Assembly (NCBI GenBank): GCA_026770705.1 | Contig: JANJGN010000140.1 | Span: 682,001 to 746,000, forward strand | Reading direction: 5' to 3' | DNA from: Isurus oxyrinchus | Lineage: Eukaryota | Length of the DNA: 64,000 nucleotides | In this document: positions 22,588-36,921 of the stretch, piece after piece | Layout: every line of letters starts with the position of its first letter | Numbering within the stretch: the first letter of the stretch is position 1 | The notes under the pieces: generated by a model | Database searches by the model: none | What the model saw: the letters and a program-made list of their open reading frames with translations, nothing else | What the model was told of the DNA's origin: nothing | Position numbers and translations under genes: made by a program

Positions 22588-25160
22588 CACTGTACACCCA
22601 ACACTCCAACGTCTGATGCCGTGATGCCCTCAATACTGAGAATGTCATAACTTCTAGTTATGTCAGTACATAACATTAGAGGAGCATTTCGGGAAAGCTG
22701 ACCATAATTCAATAGGTTTCAAGGTACTAGTGGATAAGGATAACAGGAGTCCTCGGGTTAAGGTGCTTAATTGGGGGAAGGTTAATTAGAGCAATATTAG
22801 GCAGGAGCTGAGGAATCTAGACTGCAGGCGGATGTTTGAGGGCAAATCAACAACGGACATGTCGGGGGCTTTCAAACGTCAGTTGATAAGAGTTCAGGAC
22901 CGGCAAGTTCCTGATAGGATGAAGGATAAGCATGGCAAGTTTCAGGAACCGTGGATAACGATGGATATTGTGAAATTAGTCAAAAAGAAAAGGGAAGCAT
23001 TCGTAAGGGCTAAAAGGCTGGGAACAGATGAAGACCCTGGAGAATATAAAGAAAGTACTAAGAAACTTAAGCAAGGAGTCAGGAGGGCTAAAAGGGGTCA
23101 TGAAAAGTCACTGGCAACTAGGATTAAGGAAAATCTCCAAGGCCTTTAAAACATATATAAAAAGCAAGAAGGTAGCCAGGGAAAGGGTTGGCCCACACAG
23201 GGACAGAGGTGGGAATCTGTGTGTGGAGCCAGAAGAAATGGGAGAGATACTAAATGAATACATCTCATCAGTATTCACCAAAGAGAAGGACTTAGCCGTC
23301 GATTTGCCTCGGGAAGAGTGTGTAGATAGCCTGGATCATGTGGAGAGCAAAAAAGAGGAGGTGTTAGGCGTCTTGAAGAATATTAAGGTGGATAAGTCCC
23401 CAGGACCAGATGGGATCTACCCCAGAGTACTGAGGGAGGCAAGGGAGGAGATTTCTGGGGCCTTGACAGAAATCTTTGTATCCTCACTGGCTACGGAAGA
23501 GGTCCTAGAGGACTGCAGAATGGCCAATGTTGTTCCATTGTTTAAGAAGGGTAGCAGGGATAATCCAGGAAATTACAGGCTGGTGAGCCTTTCATCAGTG
23601 GTAGGAAAATTATTGGAGAAGATTCTTTGTGACGGGATTTACTACCATTTGGAAGCAAATGGGCGTATTAGTGAGAGGCAGCATGGTTTTGTGAAAGGGA
23701 GGTCGGGTCTCACTAACTTGATCGAGTTTTTCGAGAAAGTGACAAAGATGGTCGATGATGGAAGGGCAGTGGATGTTATCTACATGGATTTCAGCAAGGC
23801 CTTTGACAAGGTCCCTCATGGCAGACGTATACAGAAGGTAAAGTTGCACGGGATCAAAGGTAAGCTGGCAAGGTGGATACAGAATTGGCTTGGTCATAGA
23901 AGCCAGAGGGTAGCATTGGCAGGATGCTTTTCAGAATGGAGAGCTGCGACTAATGGAGTTCCGCAGGGATCAGTGCTGGGACCTTTGCTGTTTGCTGCAT
24001 ACATAACTGATTTGGAGGAATATGTAACTGGTCTAATTAGTAAATTTACAGAAGACACTAAGGTTGGAGAGTTGCAGATAGTAAAGAAGGATTGTCAAAT
24101 GATACAACGGCATATAAATCAGTTGCAGACTTGGGCGAAGAAATGGCAGATGGAGTTTACTCCGGACAAATGTGAGGTAATGCATTTTGGAAGGTCTAAT
24201 ACAGGCAGGAATTATACAGCAAATGGCAGAACTCTTAAGTGCATCGACGGGCAGACGGATCTGGGTCTAAAGGTCAACGGATCACTGAAAGTGTCAACGC
24301 AGGTGGATAAGGTAGTCAGGAAGGCATACGGCATGTTTCCCTTCATTGGCAGGAGTATTGAGTATAAAAACTGAGAAGTCATGCTGCAGCTGTATTGAAA
24401 CTTGATTAGGCCACACTTGGAATATTGCGTGTAATTCTGGTCGCCACATTAACAAAGGATATAGAGGCGTTGGAGAGGGTACAGAGGAGGTTTAGCAGGA
24501 TGCTGCCTGCTCTGGAGGTTATTAGCTATGAGGAGAGTTTGGAGAAACTCGGATTGTTCTCACTAGAGCAACGGAGATTGAGGGGCGACTTGATAGAAGT
24601 TTACAAAATTATGAGTGGCATGGGCAGAGTAGATAGTCAGAAGCTTTTTCCCAGGGTGGAAGATTCAATTAATAGGGGACATAGATTTAAGGTGAGAGGA
24701 GAAAACTATAGAGGATATGTGCGGGGCAAGTTTTTTTAAGCAGAGGGTAGTGAGTGTCTGGAATTCGCTGCCAGAGGAGGCGGTGGAAGCATGTACAATA
24801 GTGGTGTTTAAGAGGCAGCTTGACAAATACATGAATAGGATGGGAATAGAAAGATACGGACCCGGGAAGTGCAAAATGTTTTAGTTACGAGCTCTATGAT
24901 CGGCGCAGGCTTGGAAGGCCGAAGGGCCTGTTTCTGTGCTGTACTTTTCTTTGTTGTTTGTTCTTTGTTCTCCTACGGTGCAAATAAAGCCTGTACGGCC
25001 CTGTCAGTATTGCGGTCACTAATGTTATGAATTCTGGGCCGCGATTTTGTACTTGTCTGCACCAGTGGTAGCCCCCGTACCGATGGTGTTTGCACTGCAC
25101 TGAGTTTCAATCAGTTGGGATAATTCCGATTGCAATCGCTGATGCCATTTTCTGCCGGGT
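22588..25160 (-). pseudogene. TCRAD V pseudogene split by a CR1 insertion (3' part 22595-22655, 5' part ~24970-25160)
   Basis: 5' part ..IETQC..YHWCRQVQNRGPEFI..YRLYL; 3' part RSYDILSIEGITASDVGV plus TACAGTG. Homologous to the V at 62400. Confidence 0.8.
22656..24970 (+). mobile_element. 5'-truncated CR1 LINE, ORF2 reverse transcriptase (ORF 23028-24374), inactive
   Basis: Motifs KSPGPDGIYPRVL, QHGFVKGRS, YMDFSKAFDKVPH, GVPQGSVLGPLLF. Catalytic FADD reads FTED. Frameshifts and stops; T-rich simple-repeat tail. Confidence 0.95.
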
Positions 25161-27139
25161 CTGAATGCAAGTCTCTCTTTTTCTTATCCGAATATTCAGG
25201 TCACACTGCCATGTTGAAGCCCAATTGAAGCAGACACGCACTCTGGTGGCATTTCATCGCATTTCAGGACCCAATGCTCTCATGCTTTCTGCTGCTTTGC
25301 ACATAGCTGTGATTTGGGTGAGTCAGATCTTTGTTCCAGGATCTTCACGAAGCCGGAGTCCGCTCGGCCTCAGCCGAGTTCGCAGAGGGCCTCTTGTCTA
25401 TGACAAGCCATTAAGTTGGCCAATGGGGCACAGGCTGACCTTTCACCCTGTGACGTTTGGCTTGAGACCCAGAAGTTTAAAGAAGTGAGGTCCATCTTCT
25501 GAGATGGAGCAGGAACACATCAGATGCTTTCCGGCTGCCATTCGTCTCCATTCAAATAGAACCACAAAATGAGAAAGAGCCACATTTGCTTCAGAAGGGA
25601 AGGTGGGAGCGGAGGGGGTTTGAGGGTTGTTGTTGTATCAGATGTGTGGTGGTGATTGCGCGGACTCAGCAGCATTAATCACTCTGCCATTGACCTCCCT
25701 TAGAATTGACTGAGGAAGCATTGACAGAATGGATGCGAAGTCAGTAAAAGTAACTGAACTCTCCACTGCTTTTCCCGTGGACCAGCGAGTGGGACAGCGA
25801 CTCCCGTTACCCAGCAGACGGGTGAATGCCATGCGTTCAGTTGGAGTGGATTCCAGGAGCGAAATGAGATTTATTAGCACAGATTGATTGATAGACAATT
25901 CCAAGGCTGGTCGGCGGCTGAGGGCTGCTCCAGGCAGAGAGCTGGGCGATATCTAGGCTTCGTCTGCCACCTGGTGGAGGAAATCAAACTTTCACCCGGG
26001 CAATTTCTCCTTCCATTCAGCGGGCCATTCTTCAAAGCCTCTCAGATGGGCACTGACCCGAAACGGCTGTGGTCGCATGTAGCACAAGACAAAGTGCAGT
26101 GAACAGGTCAGATCTAGAGGAGACCTCCCAGCTAAAAGAATAGATACATTATCAGTGACAGTACTCGCCCCCAGTGGGAGTTGCGTTTAATTCTTGTCCC
26201 TGCACATTCCAGATAGTATTTTCCACCATTTCTAACTTTTACCTATGGTATCACTTATTGTCTTCCACGCATCTTGCTAAGATGATAGTAATAAATGAAC
26301 CAAGTCACTAAATCAATCAGTAATTATACCATTCCCATCAGTGAGTCTGCCTCCTGTGATCCAGTTTATTTTAGGTAAAATATACTTTATTCATAAAATA
26401 TCTGAAAGAACAGTTCAAAGCGTTTCAAAGTGGTCATCACAAAAAATGAAATCATATTACAGTTTTCCAAATAGATCATGAAGTGCTTCAATGCAGTCAA
26501 TGAATATTATAAACATGTCAACGTGGCCTTTACAGACAGTGAGCCAGCGCAACTGTACTTAAACTATCTACACAACGGTTGCAATCTGAGATGCTCCAAT
26601 GCAATTGTGACACATGTATTATTCACTGCATGAAATTCCTTCCCTGTCGCTGGGTTAAAATCTTGGAACTCCCTCCCGAACAGCACTGTGGCTGAACCTG
26701 CACCACATGAACTTCAGCGGTTCAAGAAGATAGCTTACCACCAACTTCTAATGCAATTACACATAGGTCATAAATGCTGGCCCAGCCAGCGAAGCCCATA
26801 TCCCATGAATGAATAACAATTGAACATGTCTTCCAGGAGCCCGTAGAAAGCCTCACACTGAGAATTCCAGTCAGTGCGCATAAGAGGGCTCCTTCACACC
26901 AATGAGGAGGAGGAAGAATTCAGGCTCCACGATGAATTTCAGGGATGCCTTCCCTTGAAACCAGTCTCTACTCCTTTATCTATATTTTTCCCTTTCAATA
27001 CAGGTGACAATCAGTACCGGATTTAGAGTAGTTTATTTCAACTCACAATATAAACCAAAGTTGAATTTCAGAAATGCATCTATATCTTTTTTTTACCTTT
27101 TGCTGTCCTACTTTTGCTGGTATTCCCATCCATCTGTTA

Positions 27140-27480
27140 TCGGAAGGTGCTGTCGAATGAGCCTCGGTGAATTCCTGCCGTGCATCTTGTATATGGTACA
27201 CATTACTGTGACGGTGCTTTGGTGGTGGAGGGAGTGAATGTTTGTGAATGTGGTGCCAATTAAACGGACTGCTTTGTCCTGAGCGGTGTCCAGCTTCTGG
27301 AGTGTTTTGGGAGCTGCACTGATCCAGGCGAGTGAGGAGTATTCCATCACACTCCTGATTTTTACCTTGCAGAAGGTAGATAGACTTTAGTGAATAGGGG
27401 AGTGAATTACTCGTCGCAGGATTCCTAGCCACTGACCAGCTCTTGTAGCCACAGTATTTATATGGCTAGTGCAGTCCAGC
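27140..27480 (-). mobile_element. HER1-like LINE fragment
   Basis: MEYSSLAWISAAPKTLQKLDTAQDKAVRLIG motif. Other fragments at ~26630-26815, 34990-35490, 39200-39410, 39660-39900, 50040-50670. Confidence 0.75.
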
Positions 27481-27831
27481 CCTGTGATTACTGAACCAAG
27501 CATAGATCGCCCTCGGTTTGCATTCTGTTTGCAAATGTCTCCCTCATCCTCCATTAACCTTGATTTACTGGTGATAATGAACAACGAATGAGGATCGGAC
27601 GTCAGGTCAAATTCCCTTCCATGTCTGTCTGCCGGATCGGATTCTGCAGTTTGTTTGATTTTCTGGGCCGCTCCTGGGAACAGTTGGGCGGCAGTTTGAT
27701 CCGAGGTTAATGTGGTTTCGCGTCGCTATGTGTCTGAGCGGCTGGCAGCGCCGCTGAGCATTGTCACTTCATCTACCCGAGATTCGACACAGACCCCAAC
27801 AGACTGGAGTTCCCACTAACAGTGCATAGGC

Positions 27832-28338
27832 AGTTTTTGTACAGGGGTGAGACTGATTTTCATCACTGTGAGTCCCAGAAAGCGCAGTAATAGACGGCGG
27901 CGTCAGTCAGCTGCAGACCCGAGATGGTTAAACTGGTGAATTTAGTGGAGATCTGGAGCTTTACAGAGAAACGACTTTTCGCAAATTCTGCTTTATTCTC
28001 ATTGCCATAATTATCCTTGTACAGTACAAACTGGGGCTGTGTGTCTGGGTGTTGCCGGTACCAGTATAACGTATAGCTGTCACTTGTAGTATCATAGTTA
28101 CATTTCAAAGTCACCTCTTGGCCTTCGGTCTTAACATCTGATGAGAGTGGCTGAGTGACAGAATCTCCATGAGTCCCGCCTGGAAAAGATGTATTAAAAC
28201 AGTAAAGTTAAGACCGATAGCTTATTGAAATCTGATTGAAAACATGCCTGAGAAAAGAGAGAAAAGATGAAGTGTATTCCCTTCACGTTTACCTGTCAGA
28301 ATCGCTGTCCACACAGCCCAGATGCTGAGTAGCCGCAT
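27832..28338 (-). CDS. Apparently functional TCRalpha/delta V (leader 28293-28338, V exon 27871-28179, 23-RSS 27832-27870)
   Basis: MRLLSIWAVWTAILT|GGTHGDSVTQ..VTLKCNYDTTSDSYTLYWYRQHP..LTISGLQLTDAAVYYCAFWDS. GT/AG intact. RSS CACAGTG-23-ACAAAAACT. Confidence 0.95.
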
Positions 28339-30849
28339 TATCGCTGTCCGCCCTGCCAAACGGCTGCTCGATATTTGAAGACACCCTTTCTAATCCCCGC
28401 CCTCAATAATCTGTTGCTCTGTCTCAGGATGTTTACACCTCACTTCCTGTGTCCCCTGTGGTGAGCCGAGAACGCCAGGTTTTGAGAGAGCAGAGAGTAA
28501 CTCGAAGCGCCTTGACCTGGATTACACTCACTATCCTTACAGAGGGAATCGATTCGGATTTACAGTGCAGGATTGGGGAAGAAATCCTTCCTGATCCGAT
28601 GGAGTCCAACTGGACGTTATCAAGATGGAGAAGGAACAGATATAATGTTTCCAGGCTTTCCGATTATGCAGAGCTATGGTGGAAATTAAGCTATCGAGAG
28701 GCTGCAAAGGGGCGGTTGTTTGTCAATGCACGAAAATGGTAAACTTGAACACATTTCGAAGAAAAAGGTTATTCTCCTTGACAACAAGAATGTAGTAAAT
28801 GAAGCACTGCTTCTCGTTTTGAAATGGTGAAATCTATTTCATGTCGGTTTTTCACGTTTTAACTCAATTCTCCGGGGCTCCCTCTCTCTCTTCTTCCCCA
28901 AGAGTTCCCTTAAACTTGTCCAGGTGATACTCCTCCCTAACTCTCACTGAACGTAATTAGAACATATTCGTTATTCCCTGTGTGTACGAAAGATATCTCG
29001 ATATTGCATTTTGAGCTCTTATATGTTTTATCAATGTTCTCCAGTTTTATTTCAACACTTCCATTGAGGATATTGCTGTAGGGTACGTTTCCACACAGCC
29101 ACTGCCTGATACGGCTACATTGGGGCACTCGGATGGGGTGGTGATTGAAATAATTTTTAATTCGTTCTTTAGAATTGAACACAGCCGGCATGGGCAAAAT
29201 TAAGCGCACATTGCGACATGTCATCGCGAAGGTGATGGTGAGCCGTCTTGTCTGTGATGTAGATGCACACACAGTCCTATTCTTCTGTGGTGGCTTGATT
29301 CAAATGAGTGGCCTGCGAGGAAATTTCCGGGCGCAGTAATGAAGCAAGCTCATTGCTGTGAATTTGCCGTCACATGGGCAAAAGTGACGGATTTCCTTAT
29401 CCGAGGCAGGTTAGTGAACCAGGTGCGGTTTTATAACCATGTGACACTTCCATGATCTTTGTTTCGCTTTGAACTCATATCTCCAGAGTATTAATGCTCT
29501 GTATTACTCTCATCAGCAGCATTACCACTATTCTATCGCCTGGTCTTTTGTTCAGCCGACTGTTACATGACACAAGTACTGTAGTCTGTCTCCTGGGACT
29601 GGATTCTTTCAATTGAATTAGCATCCAAACGCTTTGATATAAGCCAAGGATGACGCGAGAAATCCTTTCAGATTGTATATGTATTACATCTGTCTTGCCT
29701 CGGCCCAGCAACAGCTTCCGTTGTTTGCTCTCTCTGCCTGTCCCGCCTTGCCCGCTCTGATATCAGGAATATTTCTGTCGGCGTTCCCTGTTTGTCATGA
29801 ATGAGAAATCCAGTGGGACGGGTAATTACATCACTTCTCCGACCGCGGGCATCCCGGAGAGTTACAGAGTCAGGAATCAATCTGTGGAACTCTCTAGCGC
29901 CGGTCTTCATTATTATTTCACTTCTCGCTATCTTTTGCTGCCAAATAGAATTCTATTCTCCCACTGTCTGAACTACTGTGGATATTACAGTTTGCAATCG
30001 GGTGCTGATGTTGGTGGGTCTAACTCATTGTCTATTCACCCTCCTTCCCAACGTCTTTTGAATCTATTTGTTTTAACGTGTGTGCATCTAATCTGCTCGT
30101 TCTCAGCCTGATTTCGGGATCCGGGTCATGGAGATTCGCTCACATAGTCGCTGCCTTCAGAAATTAAGATGGAAGGAGCGGGAGTGGCTTTAGCTTGCGC
30201 TCATAGTAATGCTCACGTCAGCAGGTATTGTTTCCCTTGGTATCGGCCACAACTCATCCCAATTTTACCCTGCTAGAATTACCTGCGGTTATGAAGGCAA
30301 ACAGATTTTGAGAGAAGATAGTTTGTTTTTCTGCAGAGTTCCACAGCTTGCAGAAATTGTTCACTTCGCCCATCCCGAGTGTGCAGCTGACCGAAAGTGC
30401 TGATCGAAAGTACTCATTGAGAGTCTTAGCAACATCCCTGACATGAAACTGCACCTGTCTTGTAGACCAGAAGCTCTGTCAGTTCACGTCAATTACAAGT
30501 GTTGAGGTGTGAAAACCATGGCAACAGGCGTCATGCTCCAGGGTAACCTAAGTAGGACAATTGGACAGGGTCTAATCTATTATCAATGGAGACATGGTCT
30601 CCAATGGAAATAAAATGCAGGGCTATGTTGAAGCAGCAGTGAGGGTGGGAGGGGAGGTTTTGAAGAATGGATAGTTCTTTTATTCCAGGGTGCTGAGCGG
30701 CTTCACCCACTGCTTGGATTTAGGGTCAGTCTGGAAAGCTATGGCTCATTGGCTCAATCTGACACTTTTTATTTTGCGCCTATAATTCATAACAAAAATA
30801 TAAGCACGAATATAGTGCCTTTCATGATCGCTGGACGCCACCTAATGGT

Positions 30850-32285
30850 GGCACACCAGCTGCACATTGACCAAGTGTAAATCTTTCCTGTTTATAAAGG
30901 TGCATGGCTGTCCATGTAATTTCCAGCCCTTCAGAACATTACATCTGTGAACGCCTTGATGCAATGGTATGGAGCAGGCGACATTATCCCTCTGAGGTCT
31001 CCACAGGCTGCCTGGAATAAGCCTGTTGCAAGGAGTTAAAGTACCATGATCACCGTCAATGCAAAAGGCACTGCTGGCTCCCAGGGCAGCTGGATTGGAT
31101 CTCCCCTGAGAGTTTCTCACATCGTGATGCCATTTGTGGTCCAGACCTAGCTGCGCCCCTAGCCAAGCTGTTCCAGTACAGCCACAAAACTGGCACCTAC
31201 CCGGGAATATGGAAAAGTGCCCAGGCATGTCCTGTACACGAAAAGCAAGACAAGTTGACTCCGGTCAAGTACCGCCTCATCAGCCTACTCTCCATCATCA
31301 GTAAAGTAATAAAAGAGGTTACCAACATTGCTATCATGTGACACTTGCTTATCAATAACCTGTTTCATCAATGACCCCCCTTCTACCGTAAAGCCAGAAG
31401 TAGGGATGTTCGTTGATGATTGCACAAAGTTCTGAACCATTTGTGACTGTGCAGATACTGAGGCAGCCCATGTACAAATGCAGCAAGACCTGGGCAATAC
31501 TTAAGATTGGACTGACAAATAGCAATTACCATTCATGGCCAACAAATGCCAGGCAATGACCATGTCCAACAAGAGAGAATCGAAGCATCAACCCTTGATG
31601 TTCAATTGCGTTACCATCACTGAATCTCCCACTATCAACATCCTGGGTGTCACCATTGACTAGAAACTGAACTGGACTAGCCATATAAATACCATAGCTA
31701 CGAAAGCAGGTCAAAGGATAGGAATCCTGTGACGATTGGCTCACCTCTTAACTCCGCAAAGCCTGTGCACCATGTACAAGGCACAAGTCAAGAGTGTGAT
31801 GGAATACTTTCCACTGGCCTGGATATGTACAGCTCCAACAAGGCTCAAAATGCTTAAAACCGCCCAGGACAAAGCAGTCCGCTTGATTGGCAACCTATCC
31901 AAAAACATTCACTCCCTCCACCACCGATGCACAGTAGCAGCAAAATTCACTGTAGGGATTCACAAAGGCCCTTATTGACAATACTTTCCAAACCTACGAC
32001 CCGTACCATCTAGAAGTGAAAGGGCAGCAGATAGATGGGAACACCAACGGCTGGAAGTATCCTCCAAACCACACACCATCCTGACTTGGAAATATATCGT
32101 CGTTCCTTCACTGTCGCTGCGTCAGAATCCTGGATCTCCCTTCCTAACAGCATTGTGGGTGTACCTACACGACATGAACTGCAGCGGTTCAGGAAGGCAG
32201 CTCACCACCATCTTCTCAAGGGAAATTAGGGATGCGCAATAAATGCTGGCCCAGCCAGCGACGCCCACATCCCGTACATGTATCG
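30850..32285 (+). mobile_element. HER1-like (CR1/L2-clade) LINE, truncated and internally deleted
   Basis: RT remnants and C-terminal QSLCTMYKAQVKSVMEYFPLAW. 3' tail ..AATAAATGCTGGCCCAGCCAGCGACGCCCACATCCC. Confidence 0.8.
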
Positions 32286-33164
32286 AAAAAGAATACAATC
32301 ATTGAATGATGTCAAACGTCTTTAACATCGCGGAATATTTAATCAGGCTCATAATTATTACGATCGTTTCCAGCTAGCGGACTCCTGCTTCCCCTGCAGG
32401 CTGGTATATAAAACCAATTATTACAGCTTTGTCTGAAGGAGCCGGAAACCGACAGAACTCGTTCCAGTAAAGCGGGTGGGAGTTTGTTTTTTTAACGGTA
32501 ATGACGAGCCGCCAATTCTGCCGTCATTGCCTTAATGCAATCATTAGAGAGAGAGACAGCCAGTGCTCAACGTGAACGTAATTGGATGGTGGTTATGTTT
32601 ATCGCCCCCGGCGCCTGTGTGGTCTTTCGATTGTCTTCGGCGCATAATTCCGAAACACCGGCCCTCTGAACTGAAGGAAACAATGACAGGAACAATTCTG
32701 ATTTCTCCCGCCAGATGGCAGCAAACCCACAGGGGCGGCTTATACTGTACATGATTTGTATTAATATGTTCAAATGTCTTTAACATTTCGGAACATTTAA
32801 TGAGGTTCATATAATTATCATGCCCTTCTCCCCTTGGCATACTTCTGTTTACGCTGCAGACTAATCTTTTAGCACAATGATTCCTTGTCCCCTTGCCACG
32901 AGCTGTCCCTGAAGCAGCGGTAAACTGGTAGAACTGGTTTCAGGAAAGGCGTTGGAGATTGTTCTGGCAAATGGGAACTGGCGAGCAGCCAATTCAGCCT
33001 CCACAACAATCAACAGGAAGAGGATCAGCATTCAAACGGAAAGATTGCAGCTGCTGTATATGTGGATTGTGCTTGTTCTTTTTGCCCACAGGATTGCTTT
33101 CACGTGTCATGTCTGTGAAAAACAACACTCAGCAGACAGCAGCTTTGACCCAGAAAGCTGCAGC

Positions 33165-33499
33165 ACTTATTGTACGAGGTTTGCACTCGTTCCCTTCACT
33201 GTGAGACTCTGTGCACAGTAATAGACCGCGGTGTCAGACAGCCACAGCTCCGGGATGGTGAATCGGTACAACTTGTCTGACTGCTGGGTTGTATCAGAAA
33301 ACCGGCTCTGAGCGAAATTCACCTTATATTCTGTACTTCCGTGTATATCTGGACTCCAATCTCGGGCTGTTTTCCGGGGTACTGACGGTATCAGAATAAG
33401 TAATATCCAGTGCCAGTATAGGTGCAGGTTAAAGTGACACCTTCTCCCTCTGTGTGAGTGAGGATTCCCGCTGAGTAACAGAATCCCAATTGCTCGGAT
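33165..33499 (-). pseudogene. TCRalpha/delta V pseudogene (exon 33204-33499)
   Basis: DSVTQRESS.. frameshifted; ends ..FAQSRFS..LWLSDTAVYYCAQS. RSS CACAGTG-23-ACAATAAGT. Confidence 0.88.
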
Positions 33500-36400
33500 C
33501 TGGAACACACGGTTAAAGAAAGCGGAAATCAGCGATTAAAACTTCAACTGAACTGACGGCAATAATTCACAGAGAGTTTTACTTAGACGGAGATATCATT
33601 GGGGCGATAGAAAAGGTTATTGGGCGCAAGTAGTGCCTGCGGGTGTTTACAATCGCCAGCATCACCTTCCATCACTCCTCATTAACTCTACTATCATATC
33701 CTCCTCTTCATTCTCCCATCACCTGTCCAATTATATCAGGGACACTGTTCACCCGAAATCCTCTTTGTGAAGGTGAAGTGAACATTCTAACCATTCCGTG
33801 GGTGCAAACCCTCTCCTGAAAACTCCATTGGATATTTTTTCGCACTCTTGTGTTTGTGCCCCGTAGCTCTATAATCCGTGACATGTGGAAAGTTTTCCAT
33901 TTCAACCCTATCAACCTCTTTCATCTATTTACGGATCTCTGTCAGCTAGTCCCTCAGTCCTGACTTAACTGTGGAGAAGAACCCTACCATCTCCAATTAT
34001 TCCTCATCGATGTTGTCTCTCAATTCTGTTCTCGTCTTGGTAAATATTTTTCCCCTAAATTTCTCCTGATCTTCTATTTGCTTTTGGTGAAACTGCAAAT
34101 GTGGTCGAACAGCGTGCTGTTGAAAGGATAACACCAACTCTCTGCTTTTCACGTTGATTCATCCTGAAATTAATGTTACTTTCTAAAAATGTTTCATCCT
34201 CTTACCGCCAATGAATGGCCCCCAGATCACAGCGTTAAGAGAGAGCCACATTGCTGCTGCTTCAGAATCCCAGGGTCTTTTCTGTGTCTCAGGGAGCTGC
34301 ACAATATCCAATCAAAAAGCACTAATGTCACCTTCCTATGGGTCCGATGTCACTTCCTGCGGAACATCAAATATAAAGAGCCGAGAGGGACTCCGCACAT
34401 GGCCTCTCCGTTTGTGACAATATCAGAGCATCAGGTAAAAGGAGGGATTGCTCCAATTCCTGTCTGTGTAGCAACATCTGAAATGGTTTAATGAAGGTTC
34501 TTCAGGTCATTAATTCCTGGAAAAATATAAGATCCTTACTTTCTTGGAACATTTTATCACAAAGAACACATTAATGTCAGCTTAGTGGGGGCGAGAGGAA
34601 ATCTTACTGGAGGATTCATTGTAACCAGTGAACGATGCAGTTATCCATCTCTCTTAGTTCTATAGTTAACTGCACATAGCAGCGCATTTATCATAGACCG
34701 TTCTGATCTAGCTTGAACGTACCACACTACGAAGAAATAATCTTTCTCATCGCCAATAAGGGGGGAAATTGAGCAGAGAGTGAATAATGTCCGCTCTTCA
34801 GAGTAAGTGTGGCCCGTGGTTTCTTTTAACGTTCCTTCTGCGCTTATGTCAAATACTCCTGCTACAATGGAAGATATTATGATAATTCAAACACACAGTT
34901 TGTCTGTTTGTGGTACCCAGGTGCCAATTCTTTGACAATGTTGGTAACATCCCGATTGGGAATATGGGCCCGTTCTTCAAATATTCGCTTGATTGTGACG
35001 GAACATTCTCCATTTGCCTGGATGATTACAGCTCCCACAGCTCCCACAACACTCAAGAAGCTCAACACCATCAAGGACAAAGCAGCTCACTTAATGGCAC
35101 CACACCACAAACATTCATTACCTCCACCACCGACGCACAGCAATAGCAGGAAGTACCATCTATAAGATGCACTGCAGGAATTCGCAAGGCTACTTCGACA
35201 GGGCCATCCAAAACCTCGACCACTACCATCTAGAAGGACAAGGGCAGCAGATAGATGCGAACACCACCACCTAGATGTTCCCCTCCAAATACCTCACAAT
35301 CCTGATTTGGAAATATATAATCATTGCATTACTGTCACTGGGTCAAAATCCTGGAACTCCCTCGCTAACAGCATTGTGGATGCACTTACACCGCATGGGC
35401 TGCAGCGTTTAAGAAGGCAGCTCACCAGCATCTCCTCAAGGGCAACTAGGGATGGGCAATAAATGTTGGCCCAGTCAGTGCAGCCCGCAGCTGGCAGATC
35501 AATGAGAAAAACTCTTTCTGCTGTTGAGCAAAAATATCCCTGTCAAGTGATCAGCGAGCGCCCTCCACTGGATAGCATCGGAACACACAATGGCACACAT
35601 GCATATATATTCAAATAGCCACGCTAGGTGGCCAGAAATAGATGTTGCTAATTTTTTTCTTTGTTTGCAAAAGCTGCGAGAGCGCAATTTACCTCAATCG
35701 CCACCAGAGACTCATTCATGAGTTTGTTGTTTTTATTGCAGCGGTGTACACCCACCGCGCTGTTAGGGAGAAAGATCCAGTATTCTGAGACAGCGGCAAA
35801 GAAGGAACGGGGCAGTGAAGGAAGAGCGCCCCTAATGTGTATTCTGTTTGAGGATGTGTCCCTCACTCTAGGATGTCTCCCTCCCCCATTAACCCTGATT
35901 TACAGGTGAACAACCAATGTGGATTGGACAGGATTTCTTCAGGTATGATTCACTTCCATGTCAATCTGTCCAATCGGATTCTGCAGTCTGTTTGATATTC
36001 TCGGCCGCTGCGAGAAACAGTTGGCTGACAGTTTGATCCGAGGTTAATTTGATTTCCTATCACTTTGTGTGTCTCAGCGGCCGACAGCGCGCGTGCACAA
36101 ACACACACACACCTTTAGAAATCTACCCTCTGCTGGACACTGCCGGAATCACACGCACACTCGCAAACACAGATAGACGCACACAGATACATACACACAG
36201 CTCCCGCACACCGCACACACAAACGCACACATTCGAAAACACCCACTGAAACGTTCACTTTTCAAATCGAGCTTATCTTCCAATACATCAAAGTCTTCAG
36301 ACCATCTGCCTTTAATTGAATTAATTCACGCACAGACCCCAGACCCCACTGTTACTCCACTTGACAATAATTTCTAATAACATTACGAAAATTATTTTAT

Positions 36401-36921
36401 ATTCCTGACACTGGATCAGAGTACTTTTTACACAGGCAGAAGATATTGCAAGTTAGTGACTATGGTCGTTAAAACAAACCCAAGCAAGTCTTCATAACGT
36501 TGGAACAGTTTTCTTCTCCATTAAACTTGCTTTCCTGTTGATCAGCACTGGGCCTGGCGTTCCCACTTCCACCAGGATCTCGAACAGCAAAGCCATTACT
36601 CCGCTCAGGGCATTGAGAGTAGCCGAGCTTGGGGTGTTTCCGTTCACTGACATGCAGATCAGCATCGACAGTTCTCACACGGCAGCAGGTCAGTGAGGGA
36701 AGGGATCTGAACGGCTCCCTTCCAATAGGATTCTCTTCTGTGTCTCTCTGCCCGATGAGAAGCTGAAGGTTTATTTTCTCAGCCTCTCTTAGAAAACTGT
36801 TGGGTGACAGTTTGTTCCGAGGTTCATTTGGTTTCCTTCCAGTGTGTTTTGAGAGGCTAAATGTGCCTGAGATTCACCACAATGCTCAACAGTCAGTGAA
36901 TCCCACTCCGCAGTTCAGTCG

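Noticed and set aside
23028-24374. Active or domesticated reverse transcriptase gene
   Set aside because: 5'-truncated CR1 with catalytic FADD changed to FTED and flanking frameshifts and stops.
30165-30550. Leader-intron-exon-like layout containing VQLTES (IgHV-like)
   Set aside because: No WYRQ, YYC or RSS; too degenerate to call.
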